From assembly GCA_964549305.1 (NCBI GenBank), contig CAZJVM010000020.1:1-41263 (forward strand): DNA of 41,263 bases, written 5' to 3'. This document shows, piece by piece, positions 11,207 to 20,782 of the stretch (position 1 is the stretch's first letter; each line of letters starts with the position of its first letter). The DNA comes from an uncultured bacterium. GTDB lineage: Bacteria; Schekmanbacteria; GWA2-38-11; J061. The notes under the pieces are model-generated. The model was not told the origin of the DNA. It was given only the letters and a program-made list of their open reading frames with translations, and did not search any database. The position numbers and the translations under genes are program-made.

Positions 11207-11946
11207 TTGTCCTTAAAAGCTCTGAAGAACTTAAGATTCTTGAAAAAGTAAACGGAATTGTCGCTATAATTCTCAGAGAGCTTGGAGAAAGAATCAAACC
11301 CGGAATAACTACGGGGGAGCTTGACGGATATGCCGAAGGCAGAATTCGCGAAGAAGGCGCTCTTCCGGCATTTAAAGGATACAGAGGATATCCGGCAACG
11401 TTATGTGTTTCTGTAAATGACGTTATCGTTCACGGAATTCCTTCGGAGAGAAAAATTAGAGAGAACGATATAGTCGGAATTGATATAGGCGCGAAATATA
11501 ATGGTTTTTACGGAGATTCCGCCGCGACTTTTCCAGTGGGGAAAATCAGCTACAAAGCGCAAAAGCTTATCGATGTAACAAAAGGCGCGCTTGAAAGAGG
11601 AATCAGTGAGGTAAAAGAAGGAAACCGTCTCGGCGATGTTTCCAATGCCATACAGCAGTACGCGGAAAATGCCGGATTTTCAGTAGTTAGACATTTTGTA
11701 GGGCACGGAATAGGCAGGGAACTTCACGAAGAACCGCAAATACCGAATTTCGGAGATGCAGGGCAGGGAGTGAGGCTTAAAAACGGTATGGTGCTTGCCA
11801 TTGAACCAATGATAAACGAAGGCAGTTATGATGTAAAAATATTAAACGATGGCTGGACAGCGGTTACAAAAGATGGTAGACTCTCCGCCCATTTTGAACA
11901 TACAGTTGCAATTGCTGAGGGAAAAGCAAAAATTTTAACACAATAA
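11203..11946 (+). CDS. map: Methionine aminopeptidase type I
   Basis: HGIP, DIG...GDSA, GHGIG.ELHEEP, AIEPM, SAHFEHT; start placed at ATG 11203 (ATGA overlap with adk stop). Confidence 0.98.
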   Translation: MIVLKSSEELKILEKVNGIVAIILRELGERIKPGITTGELDGYAEGRIREEGALPAFKGYRGYPATLCVSVNDVIVHGIPSERKIRENDIVGIDIGAKYNGFYGDSAATFPVGKISYKAQKLIDVTKGALERGISEVKEGNRLGDVSNAIQQYAENAGFSVVRHFVGHGIGRELHEEPQIPNFGDAGQGVRLKNGMVLAIEPMINEGSYDVKILNDGWTAVTKDGRLSAHFEHTVAIAEGKAKILTQ

Positions 11947-11977
11947 TTTATTTTATAAGTATAAGGGAGATTAGTTG

Positions 11978-12211
11978 ATGCCCAAAGAAGAACCTATTGA
12001 AGTGATTGCTACAATAGTTGAAACATTACCCAATGCAATGTTCAGGGCAGAACTAGATAACGGACATAAAATACTGGCTCATGTATCAGGAAAAATGAGA
12101 ATGAATTTTATAAAAATTTTGCCGGGAGATAAAGTAACGGTGCAGTTATCACCTTATGACCTTTCAAGAGGAAGAATCGTTTACCGGCACAAAAAAAAGA
12201 GGCAGGATTAG
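11978..12211 (+). CDS. infA: Translation initiation factor IF-1
   Basis: [37 protein letters not shown]. Confidence 0.99.
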   Translation: MPKEEPIEVIATIVETLPNAMFRAELDNGHKILAHVSGKMRMNFIKILPGDKVTVQLSPYDLSRGRIVYRHKKKRQD

Positions 12212-12213
12212 AT

Positions 12214-12327
12214 ATGAAAGTGAGAGCATCAGTTAAAAAAATGTGCGATAAATGCAAAATTATTAAACGCAGGGGTATTGTTAGAGTAATATGTGTAAAT
12301 CCCAAGCACAAACAGCGTCAGGGGTAG
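12214..12327 (+). CDS. rpmJ: 50S ribosomal protein L36, zinc-binding form (absent from the ORF track)
   Basis: Manual translation: [37 protein letters not shown]. Confidence 0.99.
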   Translation: MKVRASVKKMCDKCKIIKRRGIVRVICVNPKHKQRQG

Positions 12328-12346
12328 CCCTAAAGGAGGATTTGAA

Positions 12347-12724
12347 TTGGCAAGAATAGGCGGTGTTGATTTACCTAAAAACAAGAACGTAAGAGTGGCT
12401 CTTACATATATATTCGGAATAGGACCGGCTCTGTCTCAAAGAGTTATTGACGGTGTGCAGGTTGACCCTTTTAAAAAAGTTAAAGATCTGAATGATCAGG
12501 AAGTTAATGATATCCGCAAATTCATTGAAAAAGAATTGAAAATCGAAGGTGATTTAAGAAAAGAAGTTTCAATGAATATTAAACGTCTAATGGATATTGG
12601 ATGTTACAGAGGACTGAGGCACAGAAGAAGCCTCCCTTCCCGAGGGCAGAGGACTCATACAAACGCCAGGACAAGAAAAGGGCCGAGAAAGAGCGGAGTT
12701 GTGAAGAAAAGAGCGACAAAATAA
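12347..12724 (+). CDS. rpsM: 30S ribosomal protein S13
   Basis: [37 protein letters not shown] start. Confidence 0.99.
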   Translation: MARIGGVDLPKNKNVRVALTYIFGIGPALSQRVIDGVQVDPFKKVKDLNDQEVNDIRKFIEKELKIEGDLRKEVSMNIKRLMDIGCYRGLRHRRSLPSRGQRTHTNARTRKGPRKSGVVKKRATK

Positions 12725-12756
12725 AAAATATAAAATAAAATTCTTCGGAGCAATTA

Positions 12757-13146
12757 ATGGCAAAGGAAAAGAAAGTCAGAAAGAAAAAAGAAAAAAGAGT
12801 TGTAAAAAACGGGATTGCCCATATTCAGTCTACTTTTAACAACACCATAATTTCCATAACCGATATGGATGGAAATGTTTTGGCGTGGGCAACAACAGGA
12901 GGTCAGGGCTTTAAGGGATCGAGAAAAAGCACACCTTTTGCTGCAACCCTTGCTTCAGAAACCGCTGCGAAAAAAGCTCTTGAATTTGGTATGAAACAGG
13001 TTGAAGTTTACGTGAAGGGACCTGGTTCAGGGCGTGAAGCAGCAATAAGAGCATTACAGTCTGCAGGTTTGAGTGTTAGCGTTATTAAAGATGTTACCCC
13101 TATACCTCATAATGGTTGCAGGCCGAGAAAGCGCCGCAGAGTATAG
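12757..13146 (+). CDS. rpsK: 30S ribosomal protein S11
   Basis: [31 protein letters not shown]. Confidence 0.99.
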   Translation: MAKEKKVRKKKEKRVVKNGIAHIQSTFNNTIISITDMDGNVLAWATTGGQGFKGSRKSTPFAATLASETAAKKALEFGMKQVEVYVKGPGSGREAAIRALQSAGLSVSVIKDVTPIPHNGCRPRKRRRV

Positions 13147-13160
13147 AAAGGAGGAAGATT

Positions 13161-13787
13161 TTGGCAAGATATCGAGACCCGGTTTGCAGGCTTTGCAGAA
13201 GAGAAGGGTTAAAACTGTTTCTCAAGGGTGAAAAATGTTTTACCGGTTGTATTTTTGAAAAGAGAGGATTCCCTCCGGGACAGCGTTCAAGGTTCACGAG
13301 AGGAAAGCATTCGGATTACGGAGTTCAGTTAAGGGAAAAGCAGAAGGTTAAGAGCATTTACGGAGTTCTTGAAAAGCAGTTCAGAAATTATTTTTTTATG
13401 GCTGAAAAACAGAAGGGCATAACAGGTGAAAATCTATTAATACTTTTGGAAAGACGTCTTGATAATGTGGTTCACAGAATGAAGTTTGCCGATTCTCTTC
13501 CGCAGGCAAGGCAACTGGTAACGCACGGGCATTTTCTTGTTAATAAAAAGAAAGTGAATATTCCTTCATATCTCGTAAAGGCGGGAGATACGATTGAAGT
13601 TAAGGAAAAAAGTAAAAATCTTGTGATTTTTACCGCTGATGAAAATACATCAAATCATGAAGCAACACCCGCGTGGCTTGAAATGGAAAGAGAGAGCAGG
13701 AAAGGCAAGGTTTTAAGTCTTCCGAGGCGGGAATATATTACGATTCCCATTCAGGAACAATTAATTGTTGAGCTTTATTCAAAGTAA
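13161..13787 (+). CDS. rpsD: 30S ribosomal protein S4 (Cys-containing N-terminus)
   Basis: [39 protein letters not shown]; start moved to TTG 13161 after AAAGGAGGA. Confidence 0.98.
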   Translation: MARYRDPVCRLCRREGLKLFLKGEKCFTGCIFEKRGFPPGQRSRFTRGKHSDYGVQLREKQKVKSIYGVLEKQFRNYFFMAEKQKGITGENLLILLERRLDNVVHRMKFADSLPQARQLVTHGHFLVNKKKVNIPSYLVKAGDTIEVKEKSKNLVIFTADENTSNHEATPAWLEMERESRKGKVLSLPRREYITIPIQEQLIVELYSK

Positions 13788-13817
13788 CAACTCAAAAACT
13801 TTGAGGGAGTAATACGA

Positions 13818-14849
13818 ATGAAAATTCAAGGTTTTCACAAGCCTAAAAAACTGGAATGTGAAACAGAAACACAGACAGAGACATTCGGAAAGTTTGTCGC
13901 CGAACCCTTTGAAAGAGGATTTGGTACGACGATAGGCAATTCTCTTCGCCGGATTCTCTTGTCTTCCATTCCCGGAGCGGCTGTAACTAATATTAAAATT
14001 GACGGCATAACAATGAAGTTCACGTCATTGCCCGGTGTTGTTGAAGATGTGACTGAAATAATCATGAATCTGAAGCAGCTGAGAGTTAGGCTTGATTCCG
14101 ATGAGCCAAAGAAAGTTGCTATAAAAGCCGTTGGAGAAGGTGAAATAAAGGCTTCCGATATAGAGCATGACAATTCAATCGAAATTATGAATCCTGACCT
14201 GCATATTGCCACTTTGGATTCTGACGGACAACTGCAGATGGAAATGGAAATCGCGCGCGGATTCGGATATGTGCCTGCCGAGAAAAACGAAAATGAAAAA
14301 AATCCAATCGGAATATTGGCTGTGGATTCAATTTTTTCTCCCGTCACTAAGGTTAATTATACCGTAGAAAATGCCCGTGTAGGGCAGGATGCGGATTTTG
14401 ACAGGCTTATAATGGAAATAACGACCGACGGTAGTATAAGACCTGAAGACGCTTTGGCACAGGCCGCAAAAATCCTCAAGGATTATATGACGGTCTTTAT
14501 TAATTTTGAGGAAGAGGAAGAAGAATTTCTTGTAGAAGAAGAAACTAAGGAAGAAGACGAGGAAAAAACAAAAATGGTTGCAAACCTCTGCCGAAGCGTA
14601 GATGAATTGGAATTGTCGGTGCGTTCACAGAACTGCCTGAAAAATGCCAACATTAAGAGCATTGGTGAGTTAGTGCAAAAAACCGAACAAGAAATGCTCA
14701 AAACCAAGAACTTTGGCAGAAAGTCATTGAACGAAATTAAACAACTTCTAACACAAATGAGTCTCGGTTTCGGAATGAAACTGGAAGAATGGCCCATTAA
14801 AGAGCCTATAAAAGCAGATGATGCGGAAGTGGAAGAAGATATATTTTAA
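13818..14849 (+). CDS. rpoA: DNA-directed RNA polymerase subunit alpha
   Basis: [44 protein letters not shown]. Confidence 0.99.
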   Translation: MKIQGFHKPKKLECETETQTETFGKFVAEPFERGFGTTIGNSLRRILLSSIPGAAVTNIKIDGITMKFTSLPGVVEDVTEIIMNLKQLRVRLDSDEPKKVAIKAVGEGEIKASDIEHDNSIEIMNPDLHIATLDSDGQLQMEMEIARGFGYVPAEKNENEKNPIGILAVDSIFSPVTKVNYTVENARVGQDADFDRLIMEITTDGSIRPEDALAQAAKILKDYMTVFINFEEEEEEFLVEEETKEEDEEKTKMVANLCRSVDELELSVRSQNCLKNANIKSIGELVQKTEQEMLKTKNFGRKSLNEIKQLLTQMSLGFGMKLEEWPIKEPIKADDAEVEEDIF

Positions 14850-14864
14850 CCGGAGTATGAAGTT

Positions 14865-15218
14865 ATGAATCATCTTAAAGGAAACCGCAAACTTGGCCGT
14901 ACGACAAGTCACAGACTTGCAATGCTGAGGAATATGACAACATCTCTTTTTATTCACGAGAAGATTGAAACGACGCTTCCGAAAGCAAAAGAGCTGAGAA
15001 AAGTCGCGGAAAAACTTATAACTCTGTCCAAAAAGGAATCGGTTCATGCAAGGCGTCTGGCAGGGAAATGGCTTAGAGATAAAAAAACTTTGAAAAAAGT
15101 TTTTGATGAAATCGCTCCCCGTTATTCTTCAAGAAACGGCGGATATACGAGAATTGTCCGCACCAGAAAAAGACCCGGCGACAATGCCGATATGGCGATT
15201 ATCGAGCTTGTGGAATAG
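14865..15218 (+). CDS. rplQ: 50S ribosomal protein L17
   Basis: [40 protein letters not shown]. Confidence 0.99.
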   Translation: MNHLKGNRKLGRTTSHRLAMLRNMTTSLFIHEKIETTLPKAKELRKVAEKLITLSKKESVHARRLAGKWLRDKKTLKKVFDEIAPRYSSRNGGYTRIVRTRKRPGDNADMAIIELVE

Positions 15219-15866
15219 GGAAGTAACATTCTCGTCCGCTGCTTTTTTACTCTCGTCTTTCAAAAAGAATTTTTCTGCGGTGTAATACCAGATAAGCTTG
15301 CACGCTTCCAGAAAGAAGGTCTTTGCGTATCTTCTCGATTTCCACCATTTGGCAGGGTCGAACCTGATATTTTTAGCTCCCGTCACAAAAACATCCGTAC
15401 CTGAGTTGTCGAGAATATTTTTAAAAGTGAACGAAGTCCGCCGTGTATGATAATCGCTTGTTACCACAAGTATGCTTTTTATATTTTTTCTCCTGCAGTA
15501 TTGCAGGATTTTATTTGCTTCGGAGATTGTGGAATCCGATTCGGAATTCAGAGCGATTATCTTGTCATTAGATATTTTCCCATGCTTTATTTGTTTCATC
15601 ATTATTTCAGATTCATAAGTATTCCATCCGATTCTCGCGCCGCTAACAATAATAAACGGGGCATACCCTTTGTTTAAAAGCTCTATTCCTCTTTTCACTC
15701 TGCTTCCGACAGAATCGTCTCCTGACATAATTACTATTGCAGACGCTTTTTGCGGCATATCATCCGATATTAACAGATTGCCTGATAGAGACAGAATTTG
15801 AGGATAGAAGTTATAGATGGCAATAATAATAAGAATTAAAAAAATTCGCCTGATAAGTTTGAACAT
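15129..15866 (-). CDS. YdcF/ElyC/SanA (DUF218) family membrane-anchored protein
   Basis: N-terminal TM helix; [36 protein letters not shown] pattern. Confidence 0.85.
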   Translation of the reverse strand: MFKLIRRIFLILIIIAIYNFYPQILSLSGNLLISDDMPQKASAIVIMSGDDSVGSRVKRGIELLNKGYAPFIIVSGARIGWNTYESEIMMKQIKHGKISNDKIIALNSESDSTISEANKILQYCRRKNIKSILVVTSDYHTRRTSFTFKNILDNSGTDVFVTGAKNIRFDPAKWWKSRRYAKTFFLEACKLIWYYTAEKFFLKDESKKAADENVTSLFHKLDNRHIGIVAGSFSGADNSRISAVS

Positions 15867-17237
15867 TCAGTCATCTCCGTCTGATTTAAGTTCATTTAAC
15901 TTTTTTTGCCAATACTGAATTCTCTCGGTAATTGTTTTTTCAAATCCTCTTTTTGATGGCTTGTAAAAGCTATTATTCTGAATTTCATCGGGCAGGTATT
16001 CCTGCGCGACAATAGCGTTTTTGTAGTTGTGAGGATATTTGTATCCGTCGCCGTACCTCTCTTTCTTCATTAAATCCGTTACGGGATTTCTCAGATGAAG
16101 CGGTGCGGGAAGATACCCGCTGTCTTTTATCTCTTTTTTTGCCGCAATGTATGCTTTGTAAGTCGAGTTACTCTTTGGTGCGGTTGCAAGATATATAGCT
16201 GTTTGGGCAAGTGCAAGGTCACATTCGGGCATTCCCAGAAAATCGACTGCGGATTTTGCCGACATTGCCACAACCAGCGCCTGAGGGTCGGCATTTCCTA
16301 TGTCTTCGCTTGCAAACCTTGCCATTCTTCTCGCTATGTACAACGGGTCTTCTCCGGCTTCAAGCATTCTTGCAAGCCAGTAAAGGGATGCATCGGTATC
16401 GCTTCCCCTGAGACTTTTGTGAAACGCCGAAATGAGATTGTAGTGTTCTTCTCCTGATTTGTCATAAAGAAGTGCTTTGTTTTGCAGTACATCTCTTATT
16501 GAGTCAGGTGTAATGCGCCTTCTGCCTTCACTGTCCGGTTTTTCTGAAAGCAACGCGGACTCAAGAGTGTTTAATGCGGTTCTCGCATCGCCTGCCGACA
16601 GAGATGCGGCAAATAAAATTGTTTCCCTGTCAATAAGAGGATTGAACCGGGAAAGGCCTCTTTCCCTGTCTTTAACCGCTCTTTCGAGGATTTCGGCTAT
16701 TTCGTCAAGCGACAAAGGATTAAGCATATAAATATGCGTTCTTGAAAGAAGAGGTGAAATTACTTCAAAGGAAGGATTTTCCGTTGTCGCGCCTATGAGG
16801 GTAATTGTTCCTTTTTCAACGTGAGGAAGAAATGCGTCCTGCTGGGCTTTATTGAAACGGTGTATTTCGTCTATGAAAATGACTGTTTTTGTACCTTCCC
16901 TGTCCAGAAGATTCTCCGCCTTTTTGATGACCTCTCTTATCTCTTTTATCCCCGATGTAACCGCACTGTATTCAAGGAAAATAGAATTTGTCCTTTTGCA
17001 TATTATCTTTGCGAGGGTAGTTTTTCCCGATCCCGGAGGTCCCCATAAAATAATCGAACCAAGGGAGTTTTCTTCTATTGAGCGGCGAAGTATTTTTCCT
17101 TTGCCTAAAAGATGTTCCTGCCCAATAAATTCTTCAATCTCAAGAGGGCGCATCCTCTCCGCAAGAGGTGCGTTTTTATGAACTTTTCTATTGGAGCTTT
17201 TTTCTCCGAAAAGTTCAGGGGTGTAGTCGTTATTAAT
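15867..17237 (-). CDS. rarA: Replication-associated recombination protein A (MgsA/WRNIP1 AAA+ ATPase); start proposed at ATT 17237, first in-frame ATG at 17153
   Basis: PLAERMRP, GPPGSGKTT, FIDEIHRFNKAQQD, GATTENPSF, ISAFHKSLRGSD, ASEDIGNADP. Confidence 0.95.
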   Translation of the reverse strand: MNNDYTPELFGEKSSNRKVHKNAPLAERMRPLEIEEFIGQEHLLGKGKILRRSIEENSLGSIILWGPPGSGKTTLAKIICKRTNSIFLEYSAVTSGIKEIREVIKKAENLLDREGTKTVIFIDEIHRFNKAQQDAFLPHVEKGTITLIGATTENPSFEVISPLLSRTHIYMLNPLSLDEIAEILERAVKDRERGLSRFNPLIDRETILFAASLSAGDARTALNTLESALLSEKPDSEGRRRITPDSIRDVLQNKALLYDKSGEEHYNLISAFHKSLRGSDTDASLYWLARMLEAGEDPLYIARRMARFASEDIGNADPQALVVAMSAKSAVDFLGMPECDLALAQTAIYLATAPKSNSTYKAYIAAKKEIKDSGYLPAPLHLRNPVTDLMKKERYGDGYKYPHNYKNAIVAQEYLPDEIQNNSFYKPSKRGFEKTITERIQYWQKKLNELKSDGDD

Positions 17238-17331
17238 AAAGAATTCCTCCCCATAAAGTTGTCTTTGGCATTAGTTTAATATAAAACATCATTGGGAAAA
17301 ATAGAAGTTTAAATGAAAGTGGTCCTTTTAG

Positions 17332-18252
17332 ATGAATGATAATTTAGGAATATCTACTGTTTGGCAGTCAAAGAAATTCCAATCCGCCTATGAGTTTGTA
17401 CGCGGTCTCACTGCAACCGGCATAAGGAAACTTGAACTTGAATACAGAGTAACGGAGGAAATGCTGAATGAAATACTGCCGGTAATTCGTTCCGAGCAGG
17501 TGGAAATTCTGAGCATTCACAATTTTTTCCCGGCACCTGTGATAAACGGTATTTCATCTCCCGGTGGCGATGCTTTCCCTCTATCTTCTCCCGATTCCGC
17601 AAAAAGAAAAGAGGCAGTTGAAGCAACTCTAAAAACCGTTGCCTATGCCAGTAAACTTGGCGCAAAGGCGGTAGTCCTTCATCTTGGCAGTATTGAAATG
17701 GATGATTACAAGGAAACTTTCAGGAAATTTTACAAAGAGGGAGAGACCGGAAGCGATGAATGGAAGATTTTTTTTAATGAAGTGAAGGGAAAAAGAAGCC
17801 AATTAAGTCCCTATTATCTGGAAAGCGCTCTGAGAAGCATTGAAGAAATCGCAAGCTATCTTCCGGCGGAGGTTAAAATAGGTATAGAGAACAGAAACTA
17901 TTTTCATCAGGTTCCGGATTTTACGGAATTAAAAACCATTCTCGGTAACTTTCCCGACTCCCGTATCGGATACTGGCACGACTGCGGTCACGCGCAGGTG
18001 CAGGAAAATATGAACTGGTCAAAAGTGTCCAGTTGGTTTTCGGAATTTTCCCACAGGCTTTTGGGAGTCCATCTGCACGACTGTTACGGTTACAGAGACC
18101 ACAGGGCGCCGGGAAAAGGCGATGTTGACTTCGCGCTTCTTTCTTCCTGCCTGAAAAGGAATACCTTGAGGATTCTCGAATTAGCGCCGTCAGTAACGGC
18201 ACAGGAAGTAAAAGAAGGAATTAAAGTTCTTGCAGACGCGCAAATAATATAA
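17332..18252 (+). CDS. Sugar phosphate isomerase/epimerase (xylose-isomerase-like / AP endonuclease 2) TIM-barrel protein
   Basis: VVLHLG, GIENR, WHDCGH, HLHD...DH.APG.GDVDF, ILE metal-ligand pattern. Confidence 0.8.
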   Translation: MNDNLGISTVWQSKKFQSAYEFVRGLTATGIRKLELEYRVTEEMLNEILPVIRSEQVEILSIHNFFPAPVINGISSPGGDAFPLSSPDSAKRKEAVEATLKTVAYASKLGAKAVVLHLGSIEMDDYKETFRKFYKEGETGSDEWKIFFNEVKGKRSQLSPYYLESALRSIEEIASYLPAEVKIGIENRNYFHQVPDFTELKTILGNFPDSRIGYWHDCGHAQVQENMNWSKVSSWFSEFSHRLLGVHLHDCYGYRDHRAPGKGDVDFALLSSCLKRNTLRILELAPSVTAQEVKEGIKVLADAQII

Positions 18253-18259
18253 AATTTAC

Positions 18260-18838
18260 TTATTTTGCTTCTTTCTTTTTCTCTTTCGATTCTTTTAGAA
18301 GAATATACGCTTTTTCAAGGTTCATTATTACGGTTTCGTTTGCGGGGTCAAGTTTTATAGCCGCTTTGAGTTCTTCGATTGCTTCTCTTATGAGCCCTTT
18401 TTTGGTGAGTACCACGCCGAGGTCATTTCGCGCGAATGCGTCTTTTGGAAGCTTTTCGATGGCAGTTTTGTATGCTTTGATTGAGCTGTCGAAGTCGCCC
18501 ATTTCATAATAAAGCTTGCCGATATTTTTATAGGCGAATGAGTATTTTCTCGGAGAGTATTCTATGGCAAGCCTGTAGTGGTCAATTGCGGAATCAGGGT
18601 CCTTTAACTCCGTCTCCAGGACGTAAGCAAGGTTATAGTGTGAGAGAGGATTTCTGCTGTTCAGCTCAATAGCTTTTGACAGTTCTTCCGCCGCTAAAAT
18701 ATAATTTTTTTCCTCTATAGCTTTGTTGGCCTTGGCGATATGCTGTTTTTCGGCTTTTTCACTTGCTGTTTCACAACCTGTTAAAAGCGTCAAGAGCAAG
18801 ATGAACGAAAACACTTTTCTAATTATTTTCCTATCCAT
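18260..18838 (-). CDS. TPR-repeat lipoprotein
   Basis: Signal peptide with lipobox LTGC; about four TPR units (SHYNLAYV, AYKNIGKLYYEMG, ARNDLGVVL). Confidence 0.85.
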   Translation of the reverse strand: MDRKIIRKVFSFILLLTLLTGCETASEKAEKQHIAKANKAIEEKNYILAAEELSKAIELNSRNPLSHYNLAYVLETELKDPDSAIDHYRLAIEYSPRKYSFAYKNIGKLYYEMGDFDSSIKAYKTAIEKLPKDAFARNDLGVVLTKKGLIREAIEELKAAIKLDPANETVIMNLEKAYILLKESKEKKKEAK

Positions 18839-18988
18839 TGAAAACTTCCTTTCCTTAATTTATAAACCCTATAAAATTTCGGATTCTTTTTCGCTGTTTA
18901 GTGATGACAGAAATCACAAAAAGAGATAAAAATAATAAATGTAAAAAATGCCGGAATAAAGTGTTTTCTCTATTAATTTTTATTTCTC

Positions 18989-19016
18989 TTGATAATAAAT
19001 ATACAACATTTATACT
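18989..19016 (+). promoter_or_regulatory. Putative sigma70 promoter of the gsp operon
   Basis: TTGATA-N16-TATACT about 40 nt upstream of gspE ATG. Confidence 0.5.
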
Positions 19017-19057
19017 AATAAATTGACTCTTTATTTTGAGTTTAAAAGGATAAAATA

Positions 19058-20776
19058 ATGCCGGTGATTGAAAATATTATAACTGATTTTTTGAAGAGTA
19101 GAAATGTTCCGGAATACAATATCCGTGATTTGATTTATCCCGATGAAACTGCTGACATATCAGCTTCTCTGACAGGCAGGATAATCGAATCCGGAGTTGT
19201 TACGGAAAAAGAGCTTCTCACAAAAATGGGGGAAAGGTTTAATTTTCCTTTTAAAGAAGAGATAAAGGAAGATGACATCGACCTGGAAATACTAAGAAAA
19301 ATATCTCTCAGCTATCTCAAAGGGATGACGGTAATCCCCTTAAAATCAGATAACGGTTTTCTGCAAATTGCCATGTCCGACCCTTTTGACATAAATGCCA
19401 TTGATGACATATCACTTCTCCTCGATACGCCTGTAAAAGCAGTGCTTTCACCAAAGTCGGCAATACGTGAGGCAATAAACAGGTTTTACAGCAGAGATGC
19501 GGCAAACACGGAGGATATGATAAAAGAGCTCGATACGGATTATGACGGTGATGTGCTTGCATCCCTTTCCTCACTGTCAGATGAGCCAAAAGACCTTCTC
19601 GATGTTGCCAATGAGGCGCCCATTATAAAGTTCGTCAATACCATTCTTTTTCAGGCAGTAAAGGAAAGAGCGAGCGATATTCACATAGAGCCCTTTGACA
19701 AGGAACTGAGGGTAAGATACAGGATTGACGGAATTCTGTATAATACCCTTGCTCTGCCGAGAAAATATCAGGCGGCAGTCATATCAAGAGTAAAAATAAT
19801 GGCAGACCTCGATATTGCAGAAAAGCGTTTGCCTCAGGACGGAAGAATTAAAATTAAATTAGCCGAGCATTTTATCGATCTTCGTGTGTCGGTTATTCCA
19901 ACATCTTTCGGCGAAAGAGTCGTCATGAGGCTCCTTGACAAGACAAGCATACTCATCGATATGGACGACCTCGGTTTGATTTCCAGCAATTTCGTAATGC
20001 TCAAAGAATTTATACAAAGGCCCAACGGAATAATTCTTGTCACCGGACCTACGGGAAGCGGCAAGACAACTACCCTTTATTCCGCGCTTACAAGAGTGAA
20101 TACTCCGGAAAAGAACATAATTACAATTGAAGACCCGGTGGAATATCAGCTTTTTGGAATAGGGCAGATACACGTTAATCCGAAAATCGATCTTACTTTT
20201 GCAAACGGACTTCGGTCCATTTTGAGACAGGACCCCGACATAATTATGGTGGGCGAGATAAGGGATGCCGAAACTGCTGAAATAGCCATTCACGCATCTC
20301 TCACGGGTCATCTCGTGCTTTCCACTCTGCATACTAACGATTCGGCAGGCGCGGTTACAAGGATGCTCGATATGGGCATTGAACCTTTTCTGATAGCATC
20401 CACTCTTTGCGGCGTGATTGCGCAGAGACTTGTAAGAGTTTTGTGCAAAGAGTGCAAGGAGAGCTATGAGCCCGATGACGAGGAACTCCGGGATATAGGA
20501 ATTGTCCGTTCACAGCTGAAGGACGGCAAAATATACCGCGGCAAAGGATGTCCCTCCTGCCTTAATATGGGATACAGGGGGAGAATGGGGATTTTTGAAA
20601 TAATGCGCATAGATGACAATGTTAAAAAAATGATTCTTGAACGTTCCGATGCGGGTTCTGTTAGGCGTGAAGCCGTAAAGGGCGGAATGAGACTTTTAAG
20701 AGACGACGGTGTTAAAAAAATTATCAATGGAATCACCACCATTGAAGAGGTTCTTCGAGTATCCCACGAAGGCTGA
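19058..20776 (+). CDS. gspE: Type II secretion ATPase GspE
   Basis: ASDIHIEP, EKRLPQDGR, Walker A GPTGSGKTT, LRQDPDIIMVGEIRD, STLHTND, CKEC...CPSC. Confidence 0.95.
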   Translation: MPVIENIITDFLKSRNVPEYNIRDLIYPDETADISASLTGRIIESGVVTEKELLTKMGERFNFPFKEEIKEDDIDLEILRKISLSYLKGMTVIPLKSDNGFLQIAMSDPFDINAIDDISLLLDTPVKAVLSPKSAIREAINRFYSRDAANTEDMIKELDTDYDGDVLASLSSLSDEPKDLLDVANEAPIIKFVNTILFQAVKERASDIHIEPFDKELRVRYRIDGILYNTLALPRKYQAAVISRVKIMADLDIAEKRLPQDGRIKIKLAEHFIDLRVSVIPTSFGERVVMRLLDKTSILIDMDDLGLISSNFVMLKEFIQRPNGIILVTGPTGSGKTTTLYSALTRVNTPEKNIITIEDPVEYQLFGIGQIHVNPKIDLTFANGLRSILRQDPDIIMVGEIRDAETAEIAIHASLTGHLVLSTLHTNDSAGAVTRMLDMGIEPFLIASTLCGVIAQRLVRVLCKECKESYEPDDEELRDIGIVRSQLKDGKIYRGKGCPSCLNMGYRGRMGIFEIMRIDDNVKKMILERSDAGSVRREAVKGGMRLLRDDGVKKIINGITTIEEVLRVSHEG

Positions 20777-20782
20777 TATCTT

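Noticed and set aside
12188..12211. A8 run and short KKKRQD tail at the end of infA as a programmed frameshift into rpmJ
   Set aside because: Both genes are complete with their own stop and start; A runs are common in Lys codons here.
13116..13160. N-terminal extension of S4 given by the ORF track
   Set aside because: It overlaps rpsK; the TTG at 13161 has a strong SD and gives the canonical MARY start.
210..15047. Many minus-strand ORFs of 60-170 aa across the ribosomal cluster
   Set aside because: Antisense shadows of conserved genes with no recognisable motifs.
19160..19250. MshEN c-di-GMP-binding motif in the GspE N-terminus (SLTGRIIESGVVTEKELLTKMGER)
   Set aside because: Spacing resembles the motif but the key RLG and terminal Gln are missing, so a direct c-di-GMP link to the HD-GYP gene is unsupported.
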